A stretch of 34,299 nucleotides of DNA from Candidatus Thorarchaeota archaeon (GTDB taxonomy: Archaea > Asgardarchaeota > Thorarchaeia > Thorarchaeales > Thorarchaeaceae), in assembly GCA_003345595.1 (NCBI GenBank), contig PRDI01000022.1, positions 1-34,299 of the forward strand, given 5' to 3'. Below are positions 1 to 9,432 of the stretch, one piece after another. The translations under genes were made by a program, and so were the position numbers. The notes beneath the pieces are model-generated. The model searched no databases, was not told where the DNA came from, and saw nothing but the letters and a program-made list of their open reading frames with translations. Each line of letters begins with the position of its first letter. Positions within the stretch are counted from its first letter, which is position 1.

Positions 1-2
1 CA

Positions 3-29
3 TCATGACTCATGATCAGTCGTTCAGAC
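3..29 (+). repeat. Partial, degenerate tRNA-iMet 3' fragment (anticodon loop to T-loop)
   Basis: tcatgactcatgatcagtcgttcagac vs consensus tcatgaccctgagatcggtcgttcaaat; acceptor strand missing. Confidence 0.5.
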
Positions 30-278
30 ATGTGCCGAACATTGAAGTCATAGATCCGTGCTCGACCTAGTGGGCGCAGTTGCGTACTTGACATAGCTGC
101 CTACTGTTCCACATTGAGGCGCCTCCTCTTCTTGCGTGTACTCGAAACCCAGCATAAGATGAGGCTTCTCACCACCTAGGTCATCATTCCGGTAAGAATC
201 GTTGCGTAGACAAGGAGTGAATTGACGCTACAATGGCAGCAAGGATACCATTGTAGGACTCTGGGGTTCCCCTTTCGT

Positions 279-331
279 CCCGCAGGACTCATGACCCTGA
301 GATCGGTCGTTCAAACCGCCCCCCGCTACCA
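279..331 (+). repeat. tRNA-iMet(CAT) 3' fragment, att-like copy 1
   Basis: cccgcaggactcatgaccctgagatcggtcgttcaaaccgccccccgctacca: CAT anticodon, T-loop GTTCAAA, ends CCCGCT-ACCA; no 5' acceptor or D-arm upstream. Confidence 0.9.
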
Positions 332-487
332 CTTCTTCCTCTGATGCCATGGTTATCTCGTATTGCACCACTTTAGGACTTCTTGGGAAGAATTCATTAG
401 CAGATTACACGATTCATAGTGAGTTCCCCTCGATGGTTGTTGGAGTATCTCTGAGGTTGTGGAGGATAAGTTCAATGAGGATTCGGA

Positions 488-775
488 GTGAAGATACTGT
501 TGACAAAACATGAGTATCACATTGGAAAGGCGGAAGTTGTCCGTAGCATTGGCATCGGGCTGACTTCAGGGGGAATCTCTGCGATAGTTATGGACATCAT
601 CGGTTTTGTTCTACTTCGTGGCCTGCCTGCGGATATATATGTGGAAATATACGAGGCCTTGCTTCGTCAATTCGTCGCTTTTCTATTCGTTGGTACTGTG
701 ATGTTGATACTTGGAATTGCTATCTTGAAGCAAGTAGGATTCAAGGAAGAATCAAAAGATGTAGTGTCTGTTTAG
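488..775 (+). CDS. Small two-TM membrane protein, hypothetical
   Basis: 95 aa ORF with two hydrophobic segments and a charged C-terminus. Confidence 0.6.
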   Translation: MKILLTKHEYHIGKAEVVRSIGIGLTSGGISAIVMDIIGFVLLRGLPADIYVEIYEALLRQFVAFLFVGTVMLILGIAILKQVGFKEESKDVVSV

Positions 776-833
776 TGGTAGGAAAGGGCGCATCGAGATT
801 GGTTCTGATATGAAGAGAGAGTAGGGATGTATC

Positions 834-1088
834 ATGACCGGGCGCTGGCAGAGGTGTAATGACGACCTTGGAACCGTCGTGATGACGATGTTGGTCATGT
901 GGATCCCCTCCGTGTTTTTCCTATCCCTTCTTGGCCAGCCCATAGTCTTCTCTGAGATCATAGTCCTTTCGTTGTTCAACGCGTGGACTGGCTGGACAAC
1001 AAAGAGGAGGTGGCGTACTCTCGTGCTCACCGTATGCACCTATGATATATATGAAGAGCAAGAATCCGTTAAGCAGTGGAACAATTGA
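834..1088 (+). pseudogene. Truncated paralog of the membrane-protein family at 18296 and 32363
   Basis: EIIVLSLFNAWTGWTTKRRWRTLVLTVCT matches ELLILASLNARTGWVRKKGSGRLVLMVCT and EVIVLYCLNSRTGWVNKRRTRRLVIVISA; similarity stops near 1040. Confidence 0.65.
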
Positions 1089-2068
1089 AAGTCAGTCTCC
1101 ATATCGAACCTCACGTAGGATATACCTACGATGATATAGTCACTTTGGCAAAAGCGGCAGAAGCGGCTGGATTCTACCGATTCACGGTGTCAGACCATTT
1201 CTTTGGATGGATTGAAGGAACAGAGATCCCCTGCTACGAGGCTTGGACGACCATTGCATTGTTGACACCACAGACAGAGAGAATGCTTCTTGGTACACAG
1301 GTCAGTTGCCAGTCCTACAGGAATCCAGCTCTTCTCGCAAAGATAGTAGCGAACTTGGATAATGCCTCGAATGGAAGAATGGACTTGGGCATTGGGGCCG
1401 GGTGGAAGGCCGGTGAGTACGAGGCCTATGGGTACGCATTTCCTTCGTCAAAGACCAGGATTCTCCAGCTCAGAGAGGCGCTGCAGATTATCAATCTTCT
1501 CTGGACTGAAGAAAGGCCCAGCTTCGAGGGAGAGTTCTATAGAATCAGAGAAACGTTGTTCCAACCAAAGCCTGTGCAAAAGCCACGTGTTCCGATATGG
1601 ATTGGCACAAAGACTCTCAAAGCACCTATGATAGAAGAAACAGCAGCGAGATATGCAGACGGATTGGATTACGTGGATGCGTCGCCAGCAGACTATGCTC
1701 AGAAAAAGGAACGCATGAAGACCATGTGTGAAAAGGTTGGGCGTGACTTTGATGAGATGAGATGGTCAGTAGGAAAGACGGCTGTTGTTCTCGGAGAAGA
1801 TGAGGACGATTTTCAGAATAAGAAAGAAACAGTCCTGAAACAAGAGTGGCTAGAGAAGAAGCTCACAGAACCAATGAAGCAGGCATGGCTAGAGCACGCT
1901 TGCGCTCAAGAGATAGCTGGACCTCCGGATGTCGTAGTTGAGAGCCTGTCCAAATTCAGGAATCTTGCGGACATAGTGAATCTCTGCCTCCCATTCGTTG
2001 GCGACTTGCGACGCAATGGACTCAATACAATTAGGATTCTGAAAGAGCGTGTGCTGCCAAGGCTCTGA
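1076..2068 (+). CDS. LLM-class (luciferase-like) oxidoreductase, probably F420-dependent
   Basis: SDHF, YEAWTT, YRNPALLAK, GRMDLGIGAGW..EYEAYG and PKPVQKPRVPIWIG motifs; TATA-like gatatatat near 1054. Confidence 0.92.
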   Translation: MEQLKVSLHIEPHVGYTYDDIVTLAKAAEAAGFYRFTVSDHFFGWIEGTEIPCYEAWTTIALLTPQTERMLLGTQVSCQSYRNPALLAKIVANLDNASNGRMDLGIGAGWKAGEYEAYGYAFPSSKTRILQLREALQIINLLWTEERPSFEGEFYRIRETLFQPKPVQKPRVPIWIGTKTLKAPMIEETAARYADGLDYVDASPADYAQKKERMKTMCEKVGRDFDEMRWSVGKTAVVLGEDEDDFQNKKETVLKQEWLEKKLTEPMKQAWLEHACAQEIAGPPDVVVESLSKFRNLADIVNLCLPFVGDLRRNGLNTIRILKERVLPRL

Positions 2069-2132
2069 CGGCCCGCTGCCTCTTCTTATCACATCTTTGC
2101 AGATTCTCTGGAGCTGTTTCTCAGTAGCAGGA

Positions 2133-2420
2133 CTATCCTCTTCCCAAGTCGAGGAATCTCCCATCCATTACACGAGCGATGTACTGGCGCCCTCTCATCA
2201 CCCATATGATCTGATGGCCCTCTTTTGCCAGTTGAGCCCATCGTGATTCCTTATTGGGGTTCTGCTCAATGAAAGTCAGCCCATCTATCTCAACAGATCT
2301 CAGCTTGCTCTTCGAGGTCTTCTTGATCAAGTAGGTCGCTCCGTCGACCTCGACAGAATCGCGCCTCTCAAAGATGGCTGTGTAGACGTTGAGGGCGGTC
2401 TCTCTCAGGTCCTCCGACAT
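2133..2420 (-). CDS. Small hypothetical protein (95 aa)
   Basis: Start reset to ATG 2420 (MSEDLRE...) because the longer ORF runs through the tRNA repeat; protein-like FIEQNPNKESRWA segment. Confidence 0.75.
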   Translation of the reverse strand: MSEDLRETALNVYTAIFERRDSVEVDGATYLIKKTSKSKLRSVEIDGLTFIEQNPNKESRWAQLAKEGHQIIWVMRGRQYIARVMDGRFLDLGRG

Positions 2421-2497
2421 CCCGTGATTCTCCAGATACTGATTGGAACCCAATGTGACATATAGGTTCGCATATCGAGGCTTCTGCGGCAAGTATC

Positions 2498-2549
2498 CAG
2501 CAGAGGTCATGACCTGAGATTGACCGCTCAAATTGACCACCCGCTACCA
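2498..2549 (+). repeat. tRNA-iMet 3' fragment, att-like copy 2
   Basis: cagcagaggtcatgacctgagattgaccgctcaaattgaccacccgctacca followed by ctcttctt. Confidence 0.85.
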
Positions 2550-2731
2550 CTCTTCTTCGGCAAGTATCGAGAACGCTCAGACGCACAGCGCTGAACTTCC
2601 AGAATCGTCGCCTGCCGTTTGTAGGTGCGACTTCTATCGGGGATACTCAGAACCGTGCCGGTAGTCGACACGTTCGCAGGTTCCGCATTCTACGGCCGAG
2701 CCCGATGAGCCACTACTTCGCGCGATTAGGA

Positions 2732-3643
2732 CTACAGAGCACCGAATACTGCGATGAAGGCGAGCATGTCTGCAATTGCGTGAGAGAGCACAGCTCCCCA
2801 GATACTGTCCGACTTCTGGATTGTGTACCCCCATAGAAGGCCGTAGACCAATGCAATCAAGAGCAGAGTCACGAGCGCAACAGGTCCCATGAGTGGCAGC
2901 AGTGGTGCATGGAAAGCCGAGAAGACAAGGGATGTGAAAACAAGGGACGCTCTGGGTCCGAACAGAACCTCATACTTTCTAAGAAAAAGTCCACGGATAA
3001 TCAGCTCCTCCATGAAGCTGTTTGAGAATGCGAATATGAGCATCCATGGAATCCAACCAACCAGTATGTCGATTCCTACGCTTATGGCGAAGCCACCCAT
3101 TACAGCGAAATGCACCAGTTCTACAGGAACAGCCACGAATCCAAGTAGAAGCCCCTTCACCGGCTTCCCGCCTGTCAGATAGAGCGAGTGAAGACTGTCT
3201 TTGGCCGCCAGCATCAATACAATGACAGTCAACACAATCGGCAACGTTTCGGCGAACTTCGCAACTGCAGATCCCGTTGGAGAATCGACTGTAAGACCCG
3301 GAATCAGTTCGTACCAGCCGCCGAAGAGCCAGGCAAACAGAAATCCGAGGGCTACTGCGGTGAATGAGTATGCTATTCTGGAGTAGATTCGTGGAGCTCT
3401 TCGGTAGAGAACGAGTGCTACAACAAAAAGACCAGTAGGCACGATTATCTTGGCTATCAGCCTCGCAGTGGCGTCCATGAAGTAGTTGTACCCAGCAATC
3501 GTATAGACCAAGATGCTCGTCACGAATAGCAGTACGAAAAGAATGATGCGTGCCCCAAGACCACGTGTGGCCAGCATTGTCGCGCTCACACTGTCTGGAG
3601 TCTTATCACTCGTGGTCGAACCCTCTGACATTCTTCGTTTCAC
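2732..3643 (-). CDS. CPBP family (CAAX/Abi-like) intramembrane glutamic endopeptidase
   Basis: EELIIRG, FSAFH and HAIAD motifs; multi-TM. Confidence 0.9.
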   Translation of the reverse strand: MKRRMSEGSTTSDKTPDSVSATMLATRGLGARIILFVLLFVTSILVYTIAGYNYFMDATARLIAKIIVPTGLFVVALVLYRRAPRIYSRIAYSFTAVALGFLFAWLFGGWYELIPGLTVDSPTGSAVAKFAETLPIVLTVIVLMLAAKDSLHSLYLTGGKPVKGLLLGFVAVPVELVHFAVMGGFAISVGIDILVGWIPWMLIFAFSNSFMEELIIRGLFLRKYEVLFGPRASLVFTSLVFSAFHAPLLPLMGPVALVTLLLIALVYGLLWGYTIQKSDSIWGAVLSHAIADMLAFIAVFGAL

Positions 3644-3854
3644 CTGGCTTCATGAATGGATCCTGTACTAAACCTTCGACTCGCAATGCCATCTACTTAT
3701 CATCTCCGGTTCACTGCATATCCTTCCTGATCTCTTTGGTTGATGCATGCGAAGCAAGGTTTGTTCGATTCTATCCGTCACCAGTGATTATAATGTCCCC
3801 AAGAACTCATACGCTTGGCTTATTGCGAGCTTAGGAGTGAAACCGTTCATTGTG

Positions 3855-4008
3855 AGTTGGACAAAGTTGGACACAGGAGTCTTAGTCCTCCCAGAAACGG
3901 CACTGGGGTCGTACTCCTTGGGGCTGGAATGTGCCGAGTCAGCCTCAAAGAAACGTCTGATTCGAGCTATTTAAGCCCCCACTCGAAAGTGTCCAGGATT
4001 GTCCAACT
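3855..4008. repeat. 154-bp element, copy A, with 20-bp imperfect terminal inverted repeats built from tandem 10-mers
   Basis: AGTTGGACAA-AGTTGGACAC ... GTGTCCAGGA-TTGTCCAACT; ungapped homolog at 33861-34014. Confidence 0.9.
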
Positions 4009-4026
4009 TCTACGCAGCTGTTGCAT

Positions 4027-4064
4027 ACCCTGAGATCCGTCGTTCAAATCGACCCCCGCTACCA
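4027..4064 (+). repeat. tRNA-iMet 3' fragment, att-like copy 3
   Basis: accctgagatccgtcgttcaaatcgacccccgctacca followed by tcttcttt. Confidence 0.92.
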
Positions 4065-4245
4065 TCTTCTTTCCAACTATCGCTTCCTGCGGCCATTCGT
4101 GAACCTAGTTCACAGACGAGATTTTCTAAGACTCGGTCCGGTCATGGAGGAGAGGGGTCACCAAGTGAAATGAGTATGGAAACTATGGACCCTATGGCCG
4201 GTCAGTTGATGAATCACGCAGAAGATATATGGATGAGCTTCATTA

Positions 4246-5694
4246 TTGACAAGCGGTTTCCCGAGGGGATTGAACGTGAGAGCCGCACCATTTGTCATTA
4301 TGGTTCTACTTGTGACTTTCCTGACAGTCACGTCCGGGCCGGCGTACTCGACAGAGAAGGATGGCCAAGGTGCAGTCAATGGTGAAACGACGCACACAGC
4401 TGTGACCGCTGGAATCTTGGCCCCACATACGCCCATCAACATAGCCTCTGATGTCGACTTTGCGGACCAAGGATGGCCCGGAAACGGAACCGAGGCGGCC
4501 CCATACGTGATAGAGGGGCTCAATATAACGTCCACAGAGGTGTGCATCAACATCTCAAGCGTGACTGTCCGCTTCGAGATCAGAGACTGTTTCATATCGT
4601 CTCCGGACACATCCTTGAATGATGGGATATACATCGATGGCGGGGACTATTGCTCGATCTCAGGCTGCATTGTTCAGTCACACTTGTCTGGTTTCCACCT
4701 GAACGACTCCCTAAAGTGCAAGCTGACCGGCAACAATGCAAGGGGCAACTCAGAGAGTGGTTTCTATCTGTATTATTCCGGCTTTCCTACACTGACCAAC
4801 AACACTGCGACCGGTAACTCAGGGAGTGGTTTCTATCTGGACTTTTGTACGGCCCTCTGCACGCTTGCAGGCAACAATGCGACCGGCAACTCAGGGAACG
4901 GTTTCTATCTGAATCATTGTGGCAGTAGCATGCTGACCAACAACACTGCGACTGGTAATGCAATCGACGGCTTCGTTCTATACATCCATGGTGGCAATGT
5001 GCTGAGCGACAACACCGCAAACGGCAACGCGGTGAACGGTTTCTATCTGGAAAAGTGGTTGTATGGTGACAGTACGCTGACCGACAATACTGCGACCGGC
5101 AACTCAGAATATGGTGTTCTTCTGGGCCCGAATTCTTCAGGGGATGTCATTTTCCTTAATGTGATCGGACCAAACGGTGTGGCGAATGCTCGGGATCGTG
5201 GATCGGCCAACAAATGGGATGATGATGTGTCATTGGGTAACTACTGGAGCGACTACAACGGTACGGGCGTCTATCCTATCCCTGGAACCGCGGGCAGTGT
5301 GGACAGGTTCCCGTCCAGTATTGAGCCGTCCATCAACCACCCAACGGATATGGAGTATGAAGAAGGCAGCACTGGTCACTCAATCAATTGGACCCCTTCG
5401 TGCCTCCATCCAGACCGATATGAAGTGTACAGAAATGATTCTTTGATAGCCTCTAGTGACTGGGATGGCTCTGACATCACGGTGAGTGTGGACGGTTTCA
5501 CTGCTGGGACGTACAGCTACACCATCATGGTGTTGGATGTCAATGGGTACTTTGCAACTGATGCAGTGATTGTCACTGTGCAGGCGTCAACTACAACAGG
5601 GTTTGACCCAATGATACTGCTTGTGGTTGCCGGTGTCGGGGCAGTCATCGTTGTCATCATCTTGGCGATTGGCCTTAGAAAGAGAAAGGTGTGA
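4246..5694 (+). CDS. Cell-surface protein: NosD-like right-handed beta-helix, Ig-like domain and C-terminal TM anchor
   Basis: N-terminal hydrophobic signal, repeated LTNNTATGNSxxGFYL units, GNYWSDY, and a C-terminal TM followed by RKRKV. Confidence 0.88.
   Translation: MTSGFPRGLNVRAAPFVIMVLLVTFLTVTSGPAYSTEKDGQGAVNGETTHTAVTAGILAPHTPINIASDVDFADQGWPGNGTEAAPYVIEGLNITSTEVCINISSVTVRFEIRDCFISSPDTSLNDGIYIDGGDYCSISGCIVQSHLSGFHLNDSLKCKLTGNNARGNSESGFYLYYSGFPTLTNNTATGNSGSGFYLDFCTALCTLAGNNATGNSGNGFYLNHCGSSMLTNNTATGNAIDGFVLYIHGGNVLSDNTANGNAVNGFYLEKWLYGDSTLTDNTATGNSEYGVLLGPNSSGDVIFLNVIGPNGVANARDRGSANKWDDDVSLGNYWSDYNGTGVYPIPGTAGSVDRFPSSIEPSINHPTDMEYEEGSTGHSINWTPSCLHPDRYEVYRNDSLIASSDWDGSDITVSVDGFTAGTYSYTIMVLDVNGYFATDAVIVTVQASTTTGFDPMILLVVAGVGAVIVVIILAIGLRKRKV
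4720..5112 (+). repeat. Intragenic tandem beta-helix repeats (about 22-24 aa, about 6 copies)
   Basis: Recurrent ctgaccaacaacactgcgaccgg and ggtttctatctg. Confidence 0.8.
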
Positions 5695-5725
5695 GAGCGA
5701 ACGACAGAAGAAAAGTGAGCTGGCA

Positions 5726-5764
5726 ATCCTGGGATCGGTCGTTCAGATCGACCCCTCGCTACCA
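5726..5764 (+). repeat. tRNA-iMet 3' fragment, att-like copy 4
   Basis: atcctgggatcggtcgttcagatcgacccctcgctacca followed by tcttcct; intact T-stem GGTCG/CGACC. Confidence 0.92.
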
Positions 5765-5949
5765 TCTTCCTATGGTTTTCCTTTGAACTACCGATGACCG
5801 ACGGTCCCAGTGACTCCACAGCAACCAAACACATAGACTCTGTCCTTGCCGATACTGGACAGGTCCAAGTTAGTGTCACATCTCGGACAGGCCACAGAGG
5901 TAGACACAATCTCTTGCAGGAGAGTGCCAATCAAAACCTCGCTTCATCT

Positions 5950-7602
5950 TCACGCTAACTCTGAGTAGTTGAGTCTCATTGTGCCGAGAACAGCGATGAC
6001 CAGTCCGACCGTGAAACAAGGCACGCTCCCAAGAACTAAGGCAAGCTGGAAAGCGCCCTCTCTGATGGCAGCCACAGCCCCGAGGAGCATTGAGGCAATG
6101 ATTGTGATCATTGAGATGACGATTGTCACGACAGTGTTCACGGTGAAGGCGCTACTAGAACTACTGTCATATGAGGGATTGAGGGCAGTGATGCCGATGC
6201 CTACCCACAGACATCCTAAAGCGACAGTGTATACGTAGAGCATCGCAGAGAAGGTATCAGATAGTGACAAGTTCAGTAGCCCACCTGCAATTAGAGAGGG
6301 GACGAATGCATAGGGGATGGCAATCAACATGTATGAAACGACTCGTGCGGTGATAAACGTCCTCACCCCTGAAGGAGTGCTCTTCACTATCCAAAGCTGG
6401 TTTCTACTGTCAAAGAGACCGACTCCTCCAAAGATCACCCCTGCTAGCATGCCGAGCATCATACCCATGATGATGGGGGTGATGACTGGCAGCCACACCC
6501 GGTTTCCGACTGGGCCTCCAAGTGGTCCGAACGCCATCACTAGGGCCATCAGAACTGAGAGGAAGAAACCGTATGCTATCTTGGCTACATTCTGAAGTTT
6601 CCTAGTGTAGTCCTTGATAGATGTCACTAAGACCGTGCCGAAGTTCTGGCCAAGAAGACGCCTGAAGAATTTCAGGACGATATTGTCCGGACCAGCCTGA
6701 GCAATCTTCTTGAACCTTGGGCCAGCACCATAGGCAAATACTGAGTCAGCCGCTCGGAAGCCTCCAACGAACAAGAGAACGGTGAAGAGCAGGAGGAGAA
6801 CGATGTCGGCCATTGGACTCAATGAGAGCCAATATGCTTCAAGGTTCATCATAGATGATGCCGGGAGGTTTCCGGTGTAGACTGCAACCCAAGTAAGAAC
6901 ATCTGCACACCATGTTGAAGGGAACAATACCGATGCCTCTGTTCCCATCATCTGGGCAGTGCTTCCCATCCAATACATGACGCAGAATGCCGGGACTGCC
7001 ACAATTGGCACTACTCCCCAGCTCAGTGCCTTCCCGATGTCATCACCTCTTGGAGACTCGCCTATCTTTGCATGCAGCGCCGTGCTCAGGACATTCGAGA
7101 GCCAGATGGTCGAAACTGAGAACAGTATCAGGACAGTGATCATCAAGACTTGGCCGAGTACTGACACACCATATGCATAGGCGAAGGGATAGACAACTAG
7201 CGGCGCAAGGACAGCAACAAGAAGCCCTGTGACCGGCAGCTTGCCCAAGAAGGAACCAAGGAGAACATCGCGAGTCTGCACACCACTGCTGAACAGTATT
7301 TCCCACTGGTCCGTCTTGACATTGTCAAGACTGTTCGAGAGTGGAATGATCAGTACAAACAGCCAAACCGGGAGCATTATTGATCGCATGAATCCGGGAA
7401 GAGAAGTCGACACGAGTAGCCAGAAGGCATCACCGAACCTCGACAGGAGGAGTGAGAATACCAGGGGAAGGATGGCTAACGCCCAGAGGAGGACTGCCCC
7501 GACAAGGAGCAGATACAGGATCCAGCGGGCACGATGCAGTCTAGAGGTCCTGACAAGGAACTCTGCCTTTGCGATAGCCCACCACCGACCCCTCAAGCTC
7601 AC
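5950..7602 (-). CDS. Putative ABC exporter permease (multi-TM)
   Basis: 550 aa with many TM helices; 4-bp overlap with the upstream ABC ATPase. Confidence 0.8.
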   Translation of the reverse strand: MSLRGRWWAIAKAEFLVRTSRLHRARWILYLLLVGAVLLWALAILPLVFSLLLSRFGDAFWLLVSTSLPGFMRSIMLPVWLFVLIIPLSNSLDNVKTDQWEILFSSGVQTRDVLLGSFLGKLPVTGLLVAVLAPLVVYPFAYAYGVSVLGQVLMITVLILFSVSTIWLSNVLSTALHAKIGESPRGDDIGKALSWGVVPIVAVPAFCVMYWMGSTAQMMGTEASVLFPSTWCADVLTWVAVYTGNLPASSMMNLEAYWLSLSPMADIVLLLLFTVLLFVGGFRAADSVFAYGAGPRFKKIAQAGPDNIVLKFFRRLLGQNFGTVLVTSIKDYTRKLQNVAKIAYGFFLSVLMALVMAFGPLGGPVGNRVWLPVITPIIMGMMLGMLAGVIFGGVGLFDSRNQLWIVKSTPSGVRTFITARVVSYMLIAIPYAFVPSLIAGGLLNLSLSDTFSAMLYVYTVALGCLWVGIGITALNPSYDSSSSSAFTVNTVVTIVISMITIIASMLLGAVAAIREGAFQLALVLGSVPCFTVGLVIAVLGTMRLNYSELA

Positions 7603-8369
7603 TTCCTCCAGCTAAGGAGCTTCGACCGATCCACTTCTCCGCCAACAACCCTCAAGTATGCATCTTCAAGGTTCTTCGCTCCGACCTGCTGAACTATCTC
7701 ACTGGGCGGGCCAATTGTAGTCAGTGAGCCTTCATTCAGTATGCCTATGATGTCGCAGCTGTCTTCTGCGAATCTAGTCATATGAGTACACATGAAGAAC
7801 GTCGTATTGGTTTCCTCTGCCAGCGCGAGGATCAAGTCGCGCACCAGCACGCCAGCCGCTGGATCGAGCCGCGAAGTCGGTTCATCTAGGAATACCAGCC
7901 TCGGCTCATGCAGAAGTGTTGATGCCACCAGCACCTTCTGTTTCATGCCCGATGAGTATGACTCGAGAAGGTCGTTCTGACGGCTCTCAAGACCAAGAAT
8001 GCCAAGAAGCGAGTCGATCCTCCTGTGGAGTTCTTCGCCGCCCTTTCTCCTCAGAGCTCCAACGAACTCAAGGAACTCGACAGCAGATAGCTTTGAGTAG
8101 AGACCCGGGGACTCGGGCAGAAGTCCTGTCGCCTCTTTCACTCTGTTCCGATTCTTGCTCACATCGAACCCGCACACAGTAGCTGTGCCGCTACTCTGTC
8201 TGAGGAGTCCCGAGAGGATTCTTACGGTCGTTGTCTTCCCGGCACCATTCGGGCCCAAGAGCCCGAAACGACTGCCCTCCATCACTGTGAGACTCAGGTC
8301 CTTGACAGCCTGAATGGATCCAAACATCTTGCTCAGCAAATGAGTCTGTATGCTGATTCCGTTTCCCAC
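7599..8369 (-). CDS. ABC transporter ATP-binding protein (ABC-2 / drug-export type)
   Basis: GPNGAGKTT, YSSGMKQK, LVFLDEP and CTH motifs. Confidence 0.95.
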   Translation of the reverse strand: MGNGISIQTHLLSKMFGSIQAVKDLSLTVMEGSRFGLLGPNGAGKTTTVRILSGLLRQSSGTATVCGFDVSKNRNRVKEATGLLPESPGLYSKLSAVEFLEFVGALRRKGGEELHRRIDSLLGILGLESRQNDLLESYSSGMKQKVLVASTLLHEPRLVFLDEPTSRLDPAAGVLVRDLILALAEETNTTFFMCTHMTRFAEDSCDIIGILNEGSLTTIGPPSEIVQQVGAKNLEDAYLRVVGGEVDRSKLLSWRK

Positions 8370-8631
8370 TATCGATACCCATCAGCAGTCCCAAGAAGAT
8401 TGTATATAAGAGGTTCCAGCGGCGCAAGACATTGTGCTGAACGCAGGTACTAGTTGCCCAGTTTTCTGAGAACCATCTCGCGTCAGTACTTGTGCATTGG
8501 ATGCTACAACAGTCAAGTAGCCTGCCGGCATTCGATTCTGTTCTCTCGGCCCAAAAAAGGGAATCTATTTCAGAGGGTCTGCACAACGAATTTCCTGAAT
8601 CTTCGGATTCAAACCAAAGGAGGTTAGAATA

Positions 8632-9426
8632 TTGGCTGGATCAAGCGGATCAACCGGAATGATGGCTCTCGCGCTGATAGTCGGACTGATTATCGGCTTT
8701 GGGGCAGGCTTCTTTGCACCGACATTGATTCCACCGACTGATGATTACGACAGAATCAAGGCGCGTGGTACGATCATTGTCGGAACAAACTCAGGATGGC
8801 CGCCATTCGAGATGTTCAACACGACCACAAGTACATTGTACGGGTTCGATATTGACCTTGCTGAGCTTGTGGCTGATTACCTTAACGTGACTGTTGAATG
8901 GATTGACATGGACTTCGGTGCTCTGATAGGCGCATGTCAGGCAGGTACAATCGATATGATCGCTTCAGCGACCTTCATAACTCCAGCGCGTAATGCGGTT
9001 CTTCAACCGACGACATGGTACATTAGGACAAACGAAGTCATTGTTGTCAAGGCCAATTCAACACTCGCCATCGGCAACCTCACCGATCTCGTCGGACACG
9101 ACGTGGGAGTTCAAACAGGAACAGTTGAGGACGAAGAACTGTCAGCCATCTTGAGCGAAACAGATCTACATAGATATCCTCTTACTGAAACATTGTTCCA
9201 AGATTTGGAGTCAGGCGCTCTTGAGGCGGTGTATGTGGACGAGCCGATTGTTGGTTTGTACAGCACTGTCTATGCTATCAAGATAATATTCACAGTGCCA
9301 GCTCCGCCAACAGCGTTCTACATACGGTATGGTAGCGACAGGCTTGCTGCAGCAGTAAACAGTGCCATTGCTCTGGGATTCGCAGACGGAACAGTGGATG
9401 CCCTAATTGCAAAGTGGTTTGGGTGA
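8632..9426 (+). CDS. Polar amino acid ABC transporter substrate-binding protein
   Basis: WPPFE, GFDIDL, VGVQTGT and final KWFG; N-terminal TM; AGGAGGT Shine-Dalgarno before TTG. Confidence 0.92.
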   Translation: MAGSSGSTGMMALALIVGLIIGFGAGFFAPTLIPPTDDYDRIKARGTIIVGTNSGWPPFEMFNTTTSTLYGFDIDLAELVADYLNVTVEWIDMDFGALIGACQAGTIDMIASATFITPARNAVLQPTTWYIRTNEVIVVKANSTLAIGNLTDLVGHDVGVQTGTVEDEELSAILSETDLHRYPLTETLFQDLESGALEAVYVDEPIVGLYSTVYAIKIIFTVPAPPTAFYIRYGSDRLAAAVNSAIALGFADGTVDALIAKWFG

Positions 9427-9432
9427 AAGTGA

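Noticed and set aside
240-331. Intact tRNA-Met gene
   Set aside because: No AGCGGGG-like 5' acceptor strand or D-arm upstream of this or any other copy, and the stems are mismatched.
3768-3783. tRNA-like ggtttgttcgattctatccgtcacca near 3758-3783
   Set aside because: No T-stem pairing; too weak to count as a copy.
3855-4008. Simple MITE interpretation, or small protein (ORFs 3815-4033 and 33776-34039)
   Set aside because: Flanks of the two copies are homologous rather than showing target-site duplications. The ORFs have non-homologous starts and no protein-like features. Not fully excluded.
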